Source of the DNA: Chrysomallon squamiferum | Lineage: Eukaryota > Animalia > Mollusca | Length of the DNA stretch: 64,000 bases | Assembly (NCBI GenBank): GCA_012295275.1 | Contig: CM022679.1 | Span: 14,942,001 to 15,006,000 of the forward strand | Reading direction: 5' to 3' | Shown: positions 1 to 15,902 of the stretch, piece after piece | Layout of the letters: each line of letters begins with the position of its first letter | Position numbering within the stretch: position 1 is the stretch's first letter | The notes under the pieces: model-generated | Seen by the model: the letters and a program-made list of their open reading frames with translations, nothing else | Database searches by the model: none | Told to the model about the DNA's origin: nothing | Translations under genes and position numbers: made by a program

Positions 1-339
1 CAGACTTCTAAATTAGTTTTAAATCTTCTGTTTAATTTCAAATAAATTAAATAATATCTCAATTACTTTGGATTTCTTACTTAGGTTACAATTATCTATT
101 TAACTAATAAGATCTTTCTCTTTTCTTTTTTAGTTTTTCTTCTTTTCTTTTCTTTCTTTCTTCCCCCAACAGCCCTCATTTTTTATTATTATTATTTAAA
201 CGAATACCCAGCCTAGAAACTTCGTTGAAATGTTGTTTAGTTATACTCGTAATTTGCTTCAGACAACTAGCGTGTGTTTTAAAAGTTATTTGTCGTGTTT
301 TGTGAACTAAACAACAGTTCAAACTGTTGACAGTTTATA

Positions 340-900
340 TTATTTACATTCCGACTGCGACAAAACAGTTTTCCGGCTTTTAGACGTAACATCGCTGCCA
401 AGATGGCGGAAACATTATCCCGCATTACTGCACGCGCCAAACACGCTAATGGATCGCTCTGGGTAATTAGTCGAAAACCAATCTAATTAAGACGTTTGTC
501 AAGATAATCATTATTTTAATGAAAGTAAATATAACAAGAAATTACGAAAACATCTTAATTACGTAAAAAAAATCCGGTATTTGGACGGTTTTACCCAGAG
601 CAAATTTAATCAAGTCAAATTAAATACTTGCACAATTTTCGCCGCTGTGGTTGTTTGTTTTATCTTCTTTCTTTAATTCGGTCGCATGTGGCGGGACGTG
701 ACCTTTCTCGAGCGAATCAAGAAGACGTCTGTGCTGACGTTGATTATGCTTCGATCTCCCCTCCCCCGGGGGGACGGCTAAGACGACCGGGGCGCTATGG
801 GGACCGGTAATCGGACGAGGGATGTCCCGGAGCGGACCACGGAGTTAAAGCAAATGCAAGTCTTAGCGGTTCTTTCCCTCAGCGGATGGACGTCAATTCT
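340..900. promoter_or_regulatory. CpG-rich non-coding island, candidate enhancer or promoter
   Basis: Sharp rise in GC and CpG over the AT-rich background; YY1-type CAAGATGGCGG at 399-409; several TAAT/ATTA cores; no credible ORF. Confidence 0.45.
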
Positions 901-2187
901 TGTACATATTGAAGTGTTTGGGCGATGAAAATTTAATGAATCTAATATAAAGCGAATTAACTTATCCGTACAACCACAGTTAGGGCCTATTTGTGCATGG
1001 AGTGAAGTGGAAATTTAAACCATAAAGTCATTAACGTTAAGCCAAGAGAGACTTAGCCGTGTCGAAGGAAAAGTCGAATTAAAATGTGAAGAAAAAAAAA
1101 AAAAAAAAAAAAAAAAAATGTAGGAGAAGATCGAAAGTATTTTAAATAGAAATTGGCTGACAGGATTTCAGGGACGCGTAATTTAGTTGATCTTACTCGC
1201 TTCACAATCACTTTGCTTTGAAAAGTCGTCTTCATATTGTTAAATCGCAACAGATCGACTTATTTATTCAATGAATAATACATACAGAAGGAAACTAAAC
1301 CGACCTAAAAGAGATATTTGTCCTCTTTCATTTTCGAAATTTTCGTCACAAATGCTGGATAGTAGTAATTGTTAATCAAGTGTGTTTTTCTCTGTTCTTT
1401 AATTTCTTACTTGCATCAAAATGATTGATCGAAAGATTTCTATGGCAACACACGTTTAAGGAATGAAATGTAAATTTTAAAATAACATTAAAATTAAAAA
1501 AAAAAAAAAAAAAAGCCTCCGACAACATTAAGATAATAATAATAGTAATACTAATAATAACAAAAACAACATCAACAACAAATAGTGTTGATTATGACAA
1601 TGAAGAAATTTATAACGGATCAGTGGCACTACTAGTAAAAGGACTATTGACAATAGCTGCAGTAGTAACAATGACAACTACAGTGACAATAACCATATAT
1701 CTCTTATTTGTCATTTAGCTTTACTGTCACCTTAACTTCAGTTTATTTCCTATTTTAAGAAAATTAAGTATCTGAAAATAGTTGTAGGAATAGAAATTAT
1801 AGGTCGAATTAAACGAACAAAAAGAAAGCGAATACAACAACAACAACAGTAACAATAAGTAAATAAAGAAATAAAATACAATAAATTAATTAATTAATAA
1901 TAAGCAAAATAATTAACTGAAAAATAATAAATAATTAAAATAAAATACAATAATTAAAGAATTATTCCAATATTATAAATGTTACAGAACAACCACCTAT
2001 GTAGTTGGAATGGATATTGTTCCATATGATTTTTTTTTAAAGCTATTACAACCTTTGCTGATAAAATATGTCTATAACCTTGAAGAAATGCAAAGATTAT
2101 GGCGTTTTTAATATATATATATATATACAAATATTCATATGCATAAATCTAAATATATACACAAATAACTATGTATAGCCACCACCA

Positions 2188-2237
<50 letters not shown>

Positions 2238-3970
2238 CGGCAACAACTCGATAATAAAATTTAAAAAATAAATAAATAAATAAAGAACATGTTTGATGTA
2301 TGAAAATAAATGTAATCTACTGTACCCTCACTGGAAGAAAATAAAAAATATATATGTGCATTCTCACCATGTAACTTGCAGTATTTTTTAAAATTGCACA
2401 AAAAGCATCTAAATGGTAAGGATACAATTCAGATGCTACTGCAATAGATTCATTCACATGTTATATGTCGATACCATTTGTTGCATCGTGAGAAAAACAC
2501 TATGTAAACTGCCTTAACAAACCATTTGTCTTAAAAATACAAATAAAATCTTAAATGTACGAAACCAGAAACCATAATTTTAGAAATTAATATTTACTGG
2601 TTGGTTTATCTAAGAAACCGTAATAAACAAAAATCAAATAAAATTATATTTAAATTTTTTAGAACTATATATATAGCAATTCTGACATTAACAGCCTAGT
2701 CATTATAGTCTATTTGAGGAGCGTAAATAGATTAAAACATTTACAATTTTAGGTAATATTTATAGGGTGGGAACTGTTTTTTTATTAGCGGAAGATACGA
2801 AACCGAGTACACACACATCATATTATATATACACACATACTGGCACAATGACAAATGCTCACACACTCTCATACGGACTCACAGACAAACGGACGCAAAT
2901 GCAGACATATATATTTCACTTTGAAGATGCCGAGGTTTTAATTATAAAAGCATATCATTATCTAAATGAAATGGTTACGTCAGGCGGTTTTTCTTTCCTG
3001 TTCTCATACTGAAATATGTCGAGAAATTGGAAATGCTTAATTCACTTGACAACGTCCATACTATATTAAACAGTTGGCCGTGATCTGTCGGGTTATGGCA
3101 AAATTAATCCGCTGAGGCAAACCATGCGAATTTGCCCGTCTTTTGGGGAGTAAATTTAACTCAGTTACGAGGATATTTTGACAGAAAACCACCATGATTT
3201 ACTTCAGGACAGTGATTTGATTATGATATGCCGAGGAAATTAAATCTGCGACGTTTTATCTGCTTTATGAAGAAAATTTGACAGTTACAGATACGCACGG
3301 ATACGTTCAACACACAGTAACCAGTTTTACGAGGACATAACGTCATCAACGTAGCATGTGGCTTGCGTCAGGTTTAAAATTTTAAATAAATAATTTGACA
3401 AATTTCGAGAAAATTGTTTCACGATATTGCAAAGTCCGGACCACTTTCTTTCTTTCTTTAGTTCCTTTTTTTTTCTTTATTTTTTTTTATTTTTGTTTTT
3501 GTTTTTAAATGGGAAAAATGGCAGCAAGAAAGATCGTTTCCGTCAATCGTAAAGAATATCAGGTAGGCGTGTTAAGTCTTTTTGGTGATGTAGTAAAATT
3601 ACAGCAATTTGTGAAACAATTCATTGGACAATGATACCATTTTTGTCTCTTTCACGTCCGTCCCGAGTCAGTCGCTGCATTATGGAAATGAATTTTCTCT
3701 TCTCGAAGAAGTTCTCATGACCCTGTTTGATTCCTTTCTGTCAAATCTACCCAAGATGTCGCGTTTCAGTTTTATAATTACCCTACAGAAGAGGAGCTGA
3801 CAAAAATAAAGGACGTGAGCAGAATTTTAATGATAAAAGTGGCACCGAGAAAGCGATAGAGAAAAAAGAAAAAAAGAAAGAGAAAAATGGCTGTTATTCG
3901 AAAATGGTAGATATAATTATAGGTTATGATTAATTGTTGTTGTTAGTATGTACACAAAATATGTAAAGGA

Positions 3971-4021
<51 letters not shown>

Positions 4022-4561
4022 CAAGAGAGAGAGTCATATAATTAGAGATGAAAATATAGAAGAGAAAGATAAAACAGTAAAAGTAAGAAAAAAAAGAAAA
4101 AATCGACACACAGAGAAAAACATTAGATAAAGGCAAAGAATGAAAGAGAGATAATAACAAAAACAAAACTAACAACAACGACGCAACGACAACAACAACA
4201 ACAACAACAACAATAATAATAATTTAAATTTAATCTAATCTTTTAATAAATATTTACTTGAAACAAACACACAAATAACAACAAAACTAAAAAAAAAAAA
4301 AAAAAAAAAAATGGTTTTCCATTATGATTCTGACGCGACAGTTAAAAGAAATATTCAAAAGCTACTACAGCCAGAATAACGCAATACGATCATCGTTGGC
4401 CCAATTTGATATTCGTGTAAATTACCGTTGGGGATTTCAGTATCACCCATCTCCAAATTTGATTTAATCGCGAAAATGTGGATTTTTTTCTTTTTCACTT
4501 TAATTTTTTTCTCAAGAAAAAAAAAAACAAGAAAAAAGCTACTATAGTGAAAAAATAAAAT

Positions 4562-4670
<109 letters not shown>

Positions 4671-4960
4671 CTACCTTCCACCCTCCATCCTTTATCTATT
4701 TCTCTGTCTTTTCTAACTTCTCCTTTTTATCTCTATTTTCACAAAATCAGCACCCCAAGACTGGAATTTCAAAGATCGTGATTGTTTTTCTCTATGCAAA
4801 GATTCATGTGAATGACGCTTTGAATTGAATATTCAGTAAATAACTAACTAAGGAAGTAAATAAATAATCAAATAAATAAATAAAACATTTATGACATCTC
4901 CTCAATCACTCAAACACGATAAACAATTTTATCTAAGCACATGTACTTTACTTTCATTTA

Positions 4961-5029
<69 letters not shown>

Positions 5030-6713
5030 GATACTATCTTCTACAACGTGATTTGAGCTACCTACATATTCTATTGTTCAAATGTAATTTGATAATTAAA
5101 TCAAAGCAGATCGATAGCGGATTGTCAGATTAATATCCTAAATACGGTGTGTAGACTCTGCAATTACTATCCGTTAATAACGCCATTAATAATGGATAGC
5201 TCATAAACGTGAAATACGTTTTTGTTATTTATCACAAGAACAAGACAATGACATTCTGTTGCAGCCAAAACAGATGAAGCTGTAGGGAAGCCAGGTTATA
5301 TGTTTATATTTAAGACATAAATAAATTGGAGATGATGAAACATGGATCAGTAGACAGTAATAACAACGTCGACATATTCATTCGTACCATCATCGATATC
5401 GTCATTATCAGCATCACAGGTCGAGGATGAATTTTTATAAAATAAATATGTTTTTAGTTAATTAATGTGGTTTGTTGTACTTTATTTATTTTTTGTGCAT
5501 TATTTGAAAAAAAAAAGAGTTAGACAGCTGATAACTATGTGGTAATGATTATAGGCTTCTCAGTCTCTACATAATCATGTAAAGGAAATTTGCTGACACC
5601 CTGCTATGAGATTAATTTTTCAGATCGGCAGCAAGATCTCTTTTATGTGCTGTTTCATAAAGAATACTTTTTTTAAAATATTTTCAGTGTTGTCTTTGTT
5701 AATTTTTATTATTTTTTTTATTTAGTTAATTTTCTTGCTTTAAAATTCGTTTTTTTTTTATTACTGCTATTATTATTGCTGTCGTTGTTGTTGCTGCTGC
5801 TGTAGTTATTTTTAATCTTTTTATTATTATCGTTGTTGTTGTTATTTTTCTTGTTCTTCTTGTTGTTATTGTTGTTGTTGTTGTCGTCGTCATTGAAGTT
5901 ATTACATTTTTGCATAGACTCTTTTATTCTAATTGATTTATTCTGTTTACTTCTGTTCCATATTTTGTTTGCTCTGTTTTATTTCAATTATTCCATTTGC
6001 TTTTTAGCCGTTATCCTTTTTGTCTCAATTTTTTGTTTAATGCTCGTCCTTTTTGACTGATCTCCCCTTTTCCTTTTTCCAATCTTGTCATCTTTATTCT
6101 GAAAAGAAATACGGAGAATTTAATAACACGAGAATAACGCAGAAAAAAAAAGTAAAATTAAAAAAGAAAAGAAAAAGAAAATAAAGAAGAAAAATGATAT
6201 AAAGAAAACCTTTGCCTTTCTTTCGGTGGTTTTCTTTTATGCCAAATTTCTGTTTTATAAAATTAAAATTTTATTTGTTTGCTTCGACGTATGTTCATTT
6301 CTTTGGGGTTTATTAGTTTTTCCCATTTATCGTTCTTGTTATTTATGCTGATATCCTTTGGTTTTTAATATTTTTAGATGGCTATTTATTATTATTGTTA
6401 TTGTAGTTAGTATTATTATTATTGTTGTTGTTGTTGTTGTTGTTGTCGTTGAGGTTGTTGTTTGTTAAAGAACAAAAAAAAAAAAAAAAAAAAAAAAAGA
6501 CACATACGAAGAAACAGCATAATCAGAAAACATAAAAATTTTAATTAGTTTTCTTTGTTTGTTTCGGCTTGATTATTTTATTAGTTCTTTTTATTTTCTT
6601 CCATTTTATCAATTTCTGAAATTTTAAAATTAATTTTTATCAGAAGACCTAAAAAATGAGTTAATGAAAGATCATGGATGCCACACTACTTCAATTATCT
6701 ACTACTCCGTGAC

Positions 6714-6824
<111 letters not shown>

Positions 6825-9052
6825 TGATCGAGCAGTTACAAAAAGAAAAAAGACATTGAGAACGAGAGAAATAGAAACATCCAGTGTGAAAAAAGTGAGA
6901 GAAGCAGAGTATGAGATCTAGATATTCAGAGAGAAAGAGAGAGAAGAGAAGAAGAAGAAGAAGAAGAAGAGAAATACGTAAAAGAAAAAACAAGAAAAAC
7001 AACAACAAAAAAGAAAACAATAAAGCAGAAAGGAATTCACTTAAAAGACACATCAGATATCTCGACTGATCGCCCACCCTGCTGGCAACATTTGATCTTC
7101 TTGTCTGGCCTCACTTACCTTTCCATAATGCTGTTACTTCGCGGCCAAACTCAATAACGGGCAGCGTAGCGGAAAGGGGAGCTTCAATCATATCATGTTA
7201 AAAGGCTGAGACACGGCGAACATTAGATGTTCACACGTCGTCATCGCATTGCGGAAAACAAGATTGAATTAATTGCAAAAATCGACAACAGACAATGGAT
7301 GGGCATCTCAGCTAATTGTCTGTATTGGCATTAAATGGCACGGGCACCAAATTTTAGCAATCAGGAAGAAGAAAAAAATTCTTTTGAATTATATGTCTTT
7401 TGAGCTGCGACGTTTTTTGACGCCGTTTAACTTCAAATGCAATAAGATGTGTTAGTTCAATCCATTTTACTCGAACGCTCCTGGGCTCTGCGTCAGAACT
7501 ACCATCATGTGATAATGTTTTCTAAAACTGGGTTGAGAGACCGCTACCGTTTCGGCAGCTGTCGCTGGAGGTACCTAGACCAGCGAACCGCAAAGAAATT
7601 GAAAGCGAGGCTATTCACTTAACTTACAGACAAATAACATTCTCCGAATACGTCTAACATGTAATTAAAAAAAATAAATTCTTAAATTATTTTTATAAAT
7701 AATACATTATCTGAAAGAAAGTTGCGTATATAGAATTATTAATTTGAATAATTAAATCTATATTTAACCTCATATAACAAATTAAAATTTTAGGGAATAC
7801 CGATTATACTCAGATGATGAACTGAAAACGCCCATATTTGTATTTTCATTTCTCTCTGTAAATTTCACCTAGACAGCAAATACTAACAAAAACATTTTTC
7901 ATTACAGAAAGAACGAATTAGCTGCTCTTATAATTTCTGTACTGAAGCCTTCATATTACAGTAACTCCATGCTTGCTTTTTTTTTTTTTATATACTGAAC
8001 TAAAACGTTTTGAATCCAGATATATTTTTATGTATGAAATATGAATAATTAGCAAGAATCAGAAAAATTATTAATGAACAAAAATTTACCGCCGCTGTCT
8101 TTGCTGGGTTATAAATTACAGGAGAGAATACATGCTGGCTATTCAGCTAGAGCCAAAAAAAAAAAAATGTTTAAAATATATTAGGTAACAACAACAAAAT
8201 AACAGAGGCAGCAGTAGTAAAAGTAGTAGGAACATCAACAACAACAACAACAGTAGTAGTAATAGCACTAGTAACAACAACAGTAGTAAAAATAACTGAA
8301 CAATAATACGAAGAAAGATGGTGCCAGACACATTTACGATAGAAGTTATTTTTATTGTTTCCATCACACAACTGTCAAAGTACGCCTGTCGTGACTCCGC
8401 CAAAGACTTCCTTCCACCCACTAATCGCAATGACATGAACAGCAAAATAAATCTAATTTCCCAGTAACCTTATTTCTCCCGAAGTGCTTTTATTATAGAA
8501 GCCTTCGTTTTGCAGCCTGCCTCTATTATTACTTATAATTGTGGTCTACGTGTAAATTTATCTGTATAAAGTGTTAGAAAATCCTGATGACTTATCTGCT
8601 ACATGTTTTCTGATGACTGGAATAGTCACCCAGGGAATATCATATCGCTGTTAACCAGTAATAATCATAATAATAGAGTAAAATTTCCAATATGGATGCA
8701 ATGATCGGCAGTCTTTGTTACAAGTAATTTCCTCCATAAGCACCAGTAATATTTTTTAATTCTTGTATTAATAATATGTTTTACGTGTCTCTTGGTGCTC
8801 GTCAAAATCAAACTTTTTTTTCTTAATTCATTTAATAAAAAAAATAAAAAATTATATTGCTTGTCAAATTATATATTAATAGCCATTTGTTAATTATATG
8901 CTAAAATAATTGGAATTAAATTTCCATTATTCAATTAAAATAACCAAATACTTCTAGAATGAAAACCAAACCGATTGATAAAATGTCATTGCACATGCAA
9001 GACGAAATGTAAATGGTAGATACGCGATTATACAATATAGAAAAAATAAAAT

Positions 9053-9056
<4 letters not shown>

Positions 9057-9146
<90 letters not shown>
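9057..9146. repeat. (TC)n microsatellite
   Basis: Perfect run of about 90 bp. Confidence 0.97.
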
Positions 9147-9150
<4 letters not shown>

Positions 9151-10546
9151 TACCTGTCTGTTTATCTTTCTGTCTGACTGTCTGTCTCTCAGTCTGTCTC
9201 AATCTATATGCTGTATGCAAATATTTCTGTCTGTCCTACTGTCTGTCTAGCTATCTATCTCTCTTTTTCCCGGCACTCACATATAAACAAATATTAACAT
9301 ATATCCTGTTTCACTGTCCCAAAAGGATTCCCATTCCAAAAAAGGTTAAAACTTTGAGCAAAACAACTTTACATAACTTTGCATAATACAGAACCACAAC
9401 ATTATAGCAAAATACACATTCAGTATGAAACTTAAATAACGTATATAATGCATACCATTCCTACCAACTTATATTTAAAATGTAATCATGCAGTTATGAA
9501 GTGTAAATGATGATCATCTAGTAAAGATTGATTCTGTAATGAATATAAATCACCATTGACGTTTGTATCATCAACGCCTCTGAGCAATGGATCGAAACCC
9601 AGTCAACCACAACTTCATACTTCGTTAGCTAAAATCTCGGTCACCTTTTTAGTCACAGTGATAATGTGTTACTCGAAACATCATTTCATAAAAACTCGAC
9701 TGGGACTAGTAACGTAATAAGATGACGTCATAGGAATGTATCGATGGCGACGTAATCTAGTACCGATGCCAGTCATTTGTTTAATTTGTGTCACATAAAC
9801 AGGGAATTCGTTTGTGAAAATTGTTTTAAATATTAATATATTATTAGGCTCATACATCAAGAGGAATTCAATTTAAACCTGAAGAAAATTAAATTACTGG
9901 GCATTAATCTTCAAAGCTTTATATGAATAAAATAGATAAATAAATATTATTCATCTAGGAATAATTAATCTATAAACAAATATACTTCAAAGCTATTTTT
10001 AAAAAACAAATTCTGTTCAGACTTTTAGGCTGATGTAATAAATGCTCGCCATAGCGAGTCTGTTATCACGTGGTACAAAATACGTCACAAGAGAAATTAA
10101 CATCCAGAGTTGGAGAAATTATTATAAACATTAGTTTTGTGATTACTAAACTAATGTTTCCAAATTTTATAATTTATATCTATAATTATGATCGTTACTG
10201 ATTTTAAAATAATTTTTTTACACGACTTACTACAAATAAATAGATATAGTAAGTCATATATAAAATTATTTTTAAAAGAATATTTTACTAGCTAGAATTA
10301 TTCAAGATAATTTTATGGCAATTGATTACCGAAAATTGATCAATGGTCCTTTACCATCAAAAAACTTAGAAAATTAATATATCACGTGAATAAATCAAGA
10401 GTGATTCCATCCGATTTTATTATTACAGAATGTTTTATGACTAATAAAATATTATAGATATTCTTTGTTACAAAGAATCATTCATTCATGTTATTATTTA
10501 ATACGAACAAATGTGCAACCTCGTTTATTCTTGTGTCAAAGAAAGT

Positions 10547-10594
<48 letters not shown>

Positions 10595-12214
10595 CATTTT
10601 GATTATGATATAAAAAGCTGATAATTATGATTATGATAATACATAAATTATATTAAATTTTATTATTATTATTATTAAAACTTTTTTTTTTTTTAATATA
10701 ATGATATTTCATATGATATGTGTCCTTTTATTGATATTTTATTACTGTTACCAACATCATCTTTATCATCATCACTGACAACCAAGATTATTATCTTTTC
10801 AATTACTAACTCATCGATGCAATAAACAAAATTAAATTTAGGTAATCGTTATATTCAAACTGAGGTTATACTGAATATGTAAATGTTTGCAAAGCGGCAT
10901 ACAACACAAACCGTTTACTGGCAGCATATTAATTCTATTTAATAAGAGTCAAACTAATCTAAACTAATTTTTACATATTTGTCTATGACACTAATCAAGT
11001 ATGTATGTCTGTAAATTATATATATTAACTACGAAGCACATGTTTATTGTGTGGCTTTATTATCCCAGAAAATTTAATTAATATTTTCTCATTTTTCTGG
11101 TGCAAGGAAAAACTTCAGTACTCTGTGACTTAAGCTGTTCTTTATCGTCATCCATTAAACATTACGCAATTTCTCAGGAAGTATATTATTAAATCAATAA
11201 CGTTTTTCTTCTTCTTCTTCTTTTTTTTTTTTTTTTTTAAATACTTTACTAAATTAACTCAAACTGACTTAGCTTGTACACTCAGACAACAGCGTCTTTT
11301 CATCCCGTCGTTTCCCTTTTATTGTGAAAAAAATTATTGAGACTTTTCCGTGTAATCAAACATTTTTCCAAGTCATTCCGTCAAATAAAGGATACGATAT
11401 TTCGAAGAAAAATTAAGTCACCACGGGAGTTGGGCTATCTCTTTTGAATTTCATATTAATACATAGATAAATCACTAACCTAATTACGCTCAGACATTGC
11501 TTGCCACTAATAAACTTATTTTCCGCTAAAGCTGCCTGTAAAAATTATCGGCAAGAGACGTAATTAAGGGCGGTGCGTTTTCCTTCACAGGGGACCTGTT
11601 GGCGGTGTGCGGTCCGCAGGCAGTCATGGTGGAATATGATCAAAGAATACAAAAACATGGCCGACGGGCGAAACCGTTGATTTTTGTCCGTGTTGTTTTT
11701 AATGTTTGTGTTTGTAATTTCAGGGTCATAGACGGTACATTTAGAAGAGAGCTTATATTATATGTATTTATATTTTTTTTCTTTCATTTGTAGACATCAG
11801 TAAAATTATTTAAATAGTATTTATGTGGGTCATCTATTTTGGTAATAAGTAAATCCGTAGGAGATTGTCCACGTTACAATCATTCTAAATCAGATTATAT
11901 GATAAAAAAAATATATATATAATAAATATATATATATAAAATGCATCCGTATACACACACATAATAATAATCATAATAATCATAATAATAATAATAATAA
12001 TAATAACAGGATGTTATGAAATATGTAATACTTCAAAATTTATTTATATGACGCTTACGATAATAGAACTGCAAGTTTAAATCACGTTAGATTAATGAAA
12101 AGTGAAATTGCTTTTCGACCACAATATTAGTTAAATATTTTTAACATTTAAACTTAAATTAACTCTTCAAAACGTACCCATGCTTTCTTTGCTGTATAAT
12201 TATAACGTCATGAT

Positions 12215-12541
12215 GCAATTTTAAATTTTTGTAACTTCTGAGCTATGAATTTATCTGTAAAAACGATAAAGGAAAGCATTTTGGATTTCTAAATATATTT
12301 GTTATTCTTAATTTTTAGCATGACCTCCGTCCTTGAGGTATAACTGAAAAACGGCTACAAAATTGTATTTCTAGAAGTTCAGAATCGTATCTCGATTTGT
12401 ATCAGTAATGATGGAGATAGGTCATGTTGAAAATTATGAACCTCAAAAATATTTAATAATCCTGAAATTCAATTTTCTTATCTTTTTCACAGATCAGTTC
12501 TATCATGCATATATCAGAAGTTTTAAAAATTAAAAACTGTA
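12215..12541. mobile_element. Degenerate fold-back (MITE-like) element: arms of about 120 bp around a spacer of about 80 bp
   Basis: 12215-12332 aligns with the reverse complement of 12413-12541. Anchors: CATGACCT 12319-12326 with AGGTCATG 12419-12426; AACTTCTGA 12233-12241 with TCAGAAGTT 12514-12522. No TSD identified. Confidence 0.55.
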
Positions 12542-14018
12542 CAAGGATTATATAATGACCCTGTGTTTACAAATGAACTTGAATCGTGAAACGCGGTACC
12601 ACCATGTTTTTATGAGAATACTTTTCATTACCATGTTCCACAACATTCAGATTTATTATTCTGTTTTATCAGATAAACACTTAAGAGACTGATTGGAATG
12701 CTGAAACCGTGAACTCAGATTTCAAAAGATACTGGAATAGTCGTAATTTATGATTATTTTATATTTTAATCTGGATATATTCATTTGGTTTGTATAACCT
12801 GCCTTACATTGTAATTTGGCTACTTTTTTTCTGTTTGCTCTCACACTCATTCACTTCTTTCTGTTCTTAGTAAAAGAGCTTTTCATCCCTTTGAATTCCT
12901 TTTCTCGCATCTTTATCCTCCTCCAGTCCTCCTGTTCTTAAAGGACCAGTCAGACCAAACACAGCATTACGTGTTACAAAGATCCGCATCTTGTAAGTAT
13001 CCCTGATACAGAATCCCTTACATCTAGCTTCTTTATTCCTTTAGGATAACCAAATACATTTATACACATCCTTTTTCCAAATCCTCGTCTTTTAGGACTT
13101 CGTGGAACCAATCCTAGTTACGTTCTGTAATCCTGGGATTAAAAATAGTTCTATAATCCGGACAGAGTGATCCTTTGTCTTCGAGATGTCTTCCCTCGTG
13201 TGACCTCCAAGTTCAACAGAAGTGTAATTATCTTGGAATATTCCCCACAGCTTGTAGAAGTTTTAAAAATGAAATTAGCTTGACTCATGACAGAGCTGTT
13301 TAGAAATCCCTTGGTTCGGTTATGCCTGTGCTACAGACGTGGACATGGAAGATCAGTGTTCCCATGTCTGGCGAAGTCTTGAACCTGCAGGAGATGTGTT
13401 ATAGATCATTTGAAATGTATATGAATTTTATGGGTTAAAATGACTAGGTTTTTGATGATAATTATTTTCAAATCTGTGTCATAGGATCAGATTTTTTGCT
13501 ATTTTTGTTATAGTTTTCATCCTGCAGAAGAAAGATTTTAAATTAATAATTTAATAAGGGTAGATTTTATGAGATTTAAATTGTTATAATTTTTTTTTTT
13601 TTTTTCAAATCATATTTTGAAATGCTGCATCATAGAAATGTGATAAAATCAGTTTTCTAAGTGTTTTTTTGTTGTTTTGTTTGTTTCTTTGTTGTTGTTT
13701 TTTGTTGTTTTTTCTTAAATCTGTTGGGTAGGTTTTATTAGTCATTTAAAACTCGTTAGATCAGTATAGATAATTATGGACTAAAACTTATTACTGTGAG
13801 CGTTATTTTGAAATGATATGTACCATAGCCAGAACCATTATTTAAAAGTTTGGAACTTTATATAATTAGTCATTTACATTATATATAAACGATAGAGCTT
13901 GTTAACCTTATCATTATCACCATTATTATTGTAATCATCATCATCATCATTACTGTTATTATCGTTATGAATATCAAATTCATCATCATTATTATTGTTG
14001 TTGTTTTTCTTGTAGTTA

Positions 14019-14021
<3 letters not shown>

Positions 14022-14096
<75 letters not shown>
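14022..14096. repeat. (ATT)n microsatellite
   Basis: Trinucleotide run of about 75 bp. Confidence 0.95.
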
Positions 14097-14097
<1 letters not shown>

Positions 14098-14149
14098 TAA
14101 TCTTTCGACCTCCCGCGTTTCTCCTCTTAACTAAGTTCAAAACAGGAAG

Positions 14150-14930
14150 AAAATCTTCACGGAGCAGATGTCAAAGACGCGAGTAGAGGAACTGCGAGGA
14201 AGATAAGATAACAAAAACAAGCTTATCTGCGAGGGCATTTTATCGCTAATCTGATGATGGGGAAAATATTACCAGTCAGGACTGGCGTGTTTATAGAGTC
14301 TACTTAATCCAATGCACGCATCACATTATGGCAATGAGATTTTAATTCGCCAGCCAGGCGAGCGAGCCAAGTGAATCATGATATAGTTTGCCTCTAATTC
14401 CCATGCTGTCTCACCGTATACGTCAGCTTACATACTAATTTATTAAATGCAAAGAATGCAAATTGCATTACGGCCGGTTAATTTGTATAGAGATCGCAAA
14501 GCCTATTAACGCCGGACCGAGTAACGCGATATTGTTTGCATGGAGGTCCGCAGAGGGCTGACGTTCCAGCGAGGGGAGTCGGGACCGAGGCCAACCCGCC
14601 GCCCGTAGTTAATACCGATAAACGATGAGCATCGGCTAACCTAATTTCAAAGCCAGCACTGCCTTGGCTTTAATCTAATTGCAGACAAGTACATCAAATC
14701 AAACAATTGATAATTGAATTCGCTGAACTTTGATATTCGCCGAGGTAGTTCTTGCCTTCCATACTAATCGCGTTTTGCGTCGCACACACACGAACCGATC
14801 TTCGGGAAGAGTTAACAGCGAGGACAGCAGCGAGGTGCGTCGTCGTCGTTAAATTCAAACAAACAAAAAAAACAAAACGTCGTTACTGCTTCCGTTTTAT
14901 TTTGTATGACGCGGAGTTTAAGGTAAGATT
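14150..14930 (+). promoter_or_regulatory. CpG-rich island ending in a strong splice donor; candidate distal promoter and non-coding first exon of DRGX
   Basis: CpG- and TAAT-dense block followed by AAG|GTAAGA at 14923. Confidence 0.4.
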
Positions 14931-15801
14931 ATTCTACAAATGCTCGTTCGTTGTTTGGTTAATGCGTTTTGAGTATTCTTAGCAGCTCGGGTTATTTTTA
15001 GTTAACGATGTTTCAAAAATACGTTCTCGTTTTGACTGGGAAATGGCGTCCTTCACGCCACAAACCAGTCACACCAGCGGATATGAATCATTGTTGACTT
15101 CCGGTTTGTAGTTAAACCTCATTAAAGCTAATAAAGCTAATAAAGCTAATAATAATAATAATAATGATTATGATACTAATAATATTAACGATGATTATGA
15201 TGTGATGACGAATGATGTTAATGATTATGTCAGCTAGGTAGATAATGGTGATGTTTTATTTACGTCTACAGCTATATGCCAAATGATACTTTATTTAAAA
15301 ATTAGAAATAATAATAACACACACGCACACACATACACAAACACACATGCATAATGATTATTAAATTTTTACTATTCAACATCTTTAGCTAGCTAATTGA
15401 ATGAAAGTTTTGGAAACATGCTTCATCTCTTTTTTAATTCTGACACACACACACTGCTTGAACGTTTAAAGGACACTGTTGTAGGACAAAAACACAAAGC
15501 CAGAGGGGCATAAAGAAAAGTTATAGAAACATGGTCAGATGATTGCGGATATCCGACAATCTTATCTTTCGTAATATGATAGATATACAGACATATATAT
15601 ACGCAGATGTGGATATACAAAAGTAGATGGATAAAGGATAAGCAAAGAGAAAGGAGAAAGAAAAATAAATAACAGACGCACGGATGCACAGATAGAAAGG
15701 CAAAAGGATAACAACCAAACGTCAAATAATAGGATACAGACTTAGATAGAGCACAAGGGTAGGGTAGAATGAGTCACCCACAATAATAACAACAATAAAA
15801 A

Positions 15802-15902
<101 letters not shown>

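Noticed and set aside
2405-2480. AAATGGTA ... TACCATTT and AGCATCT ... AGATGCT short inverted matches
   Set aside because: Too short and mutually overlapping to support an element call.
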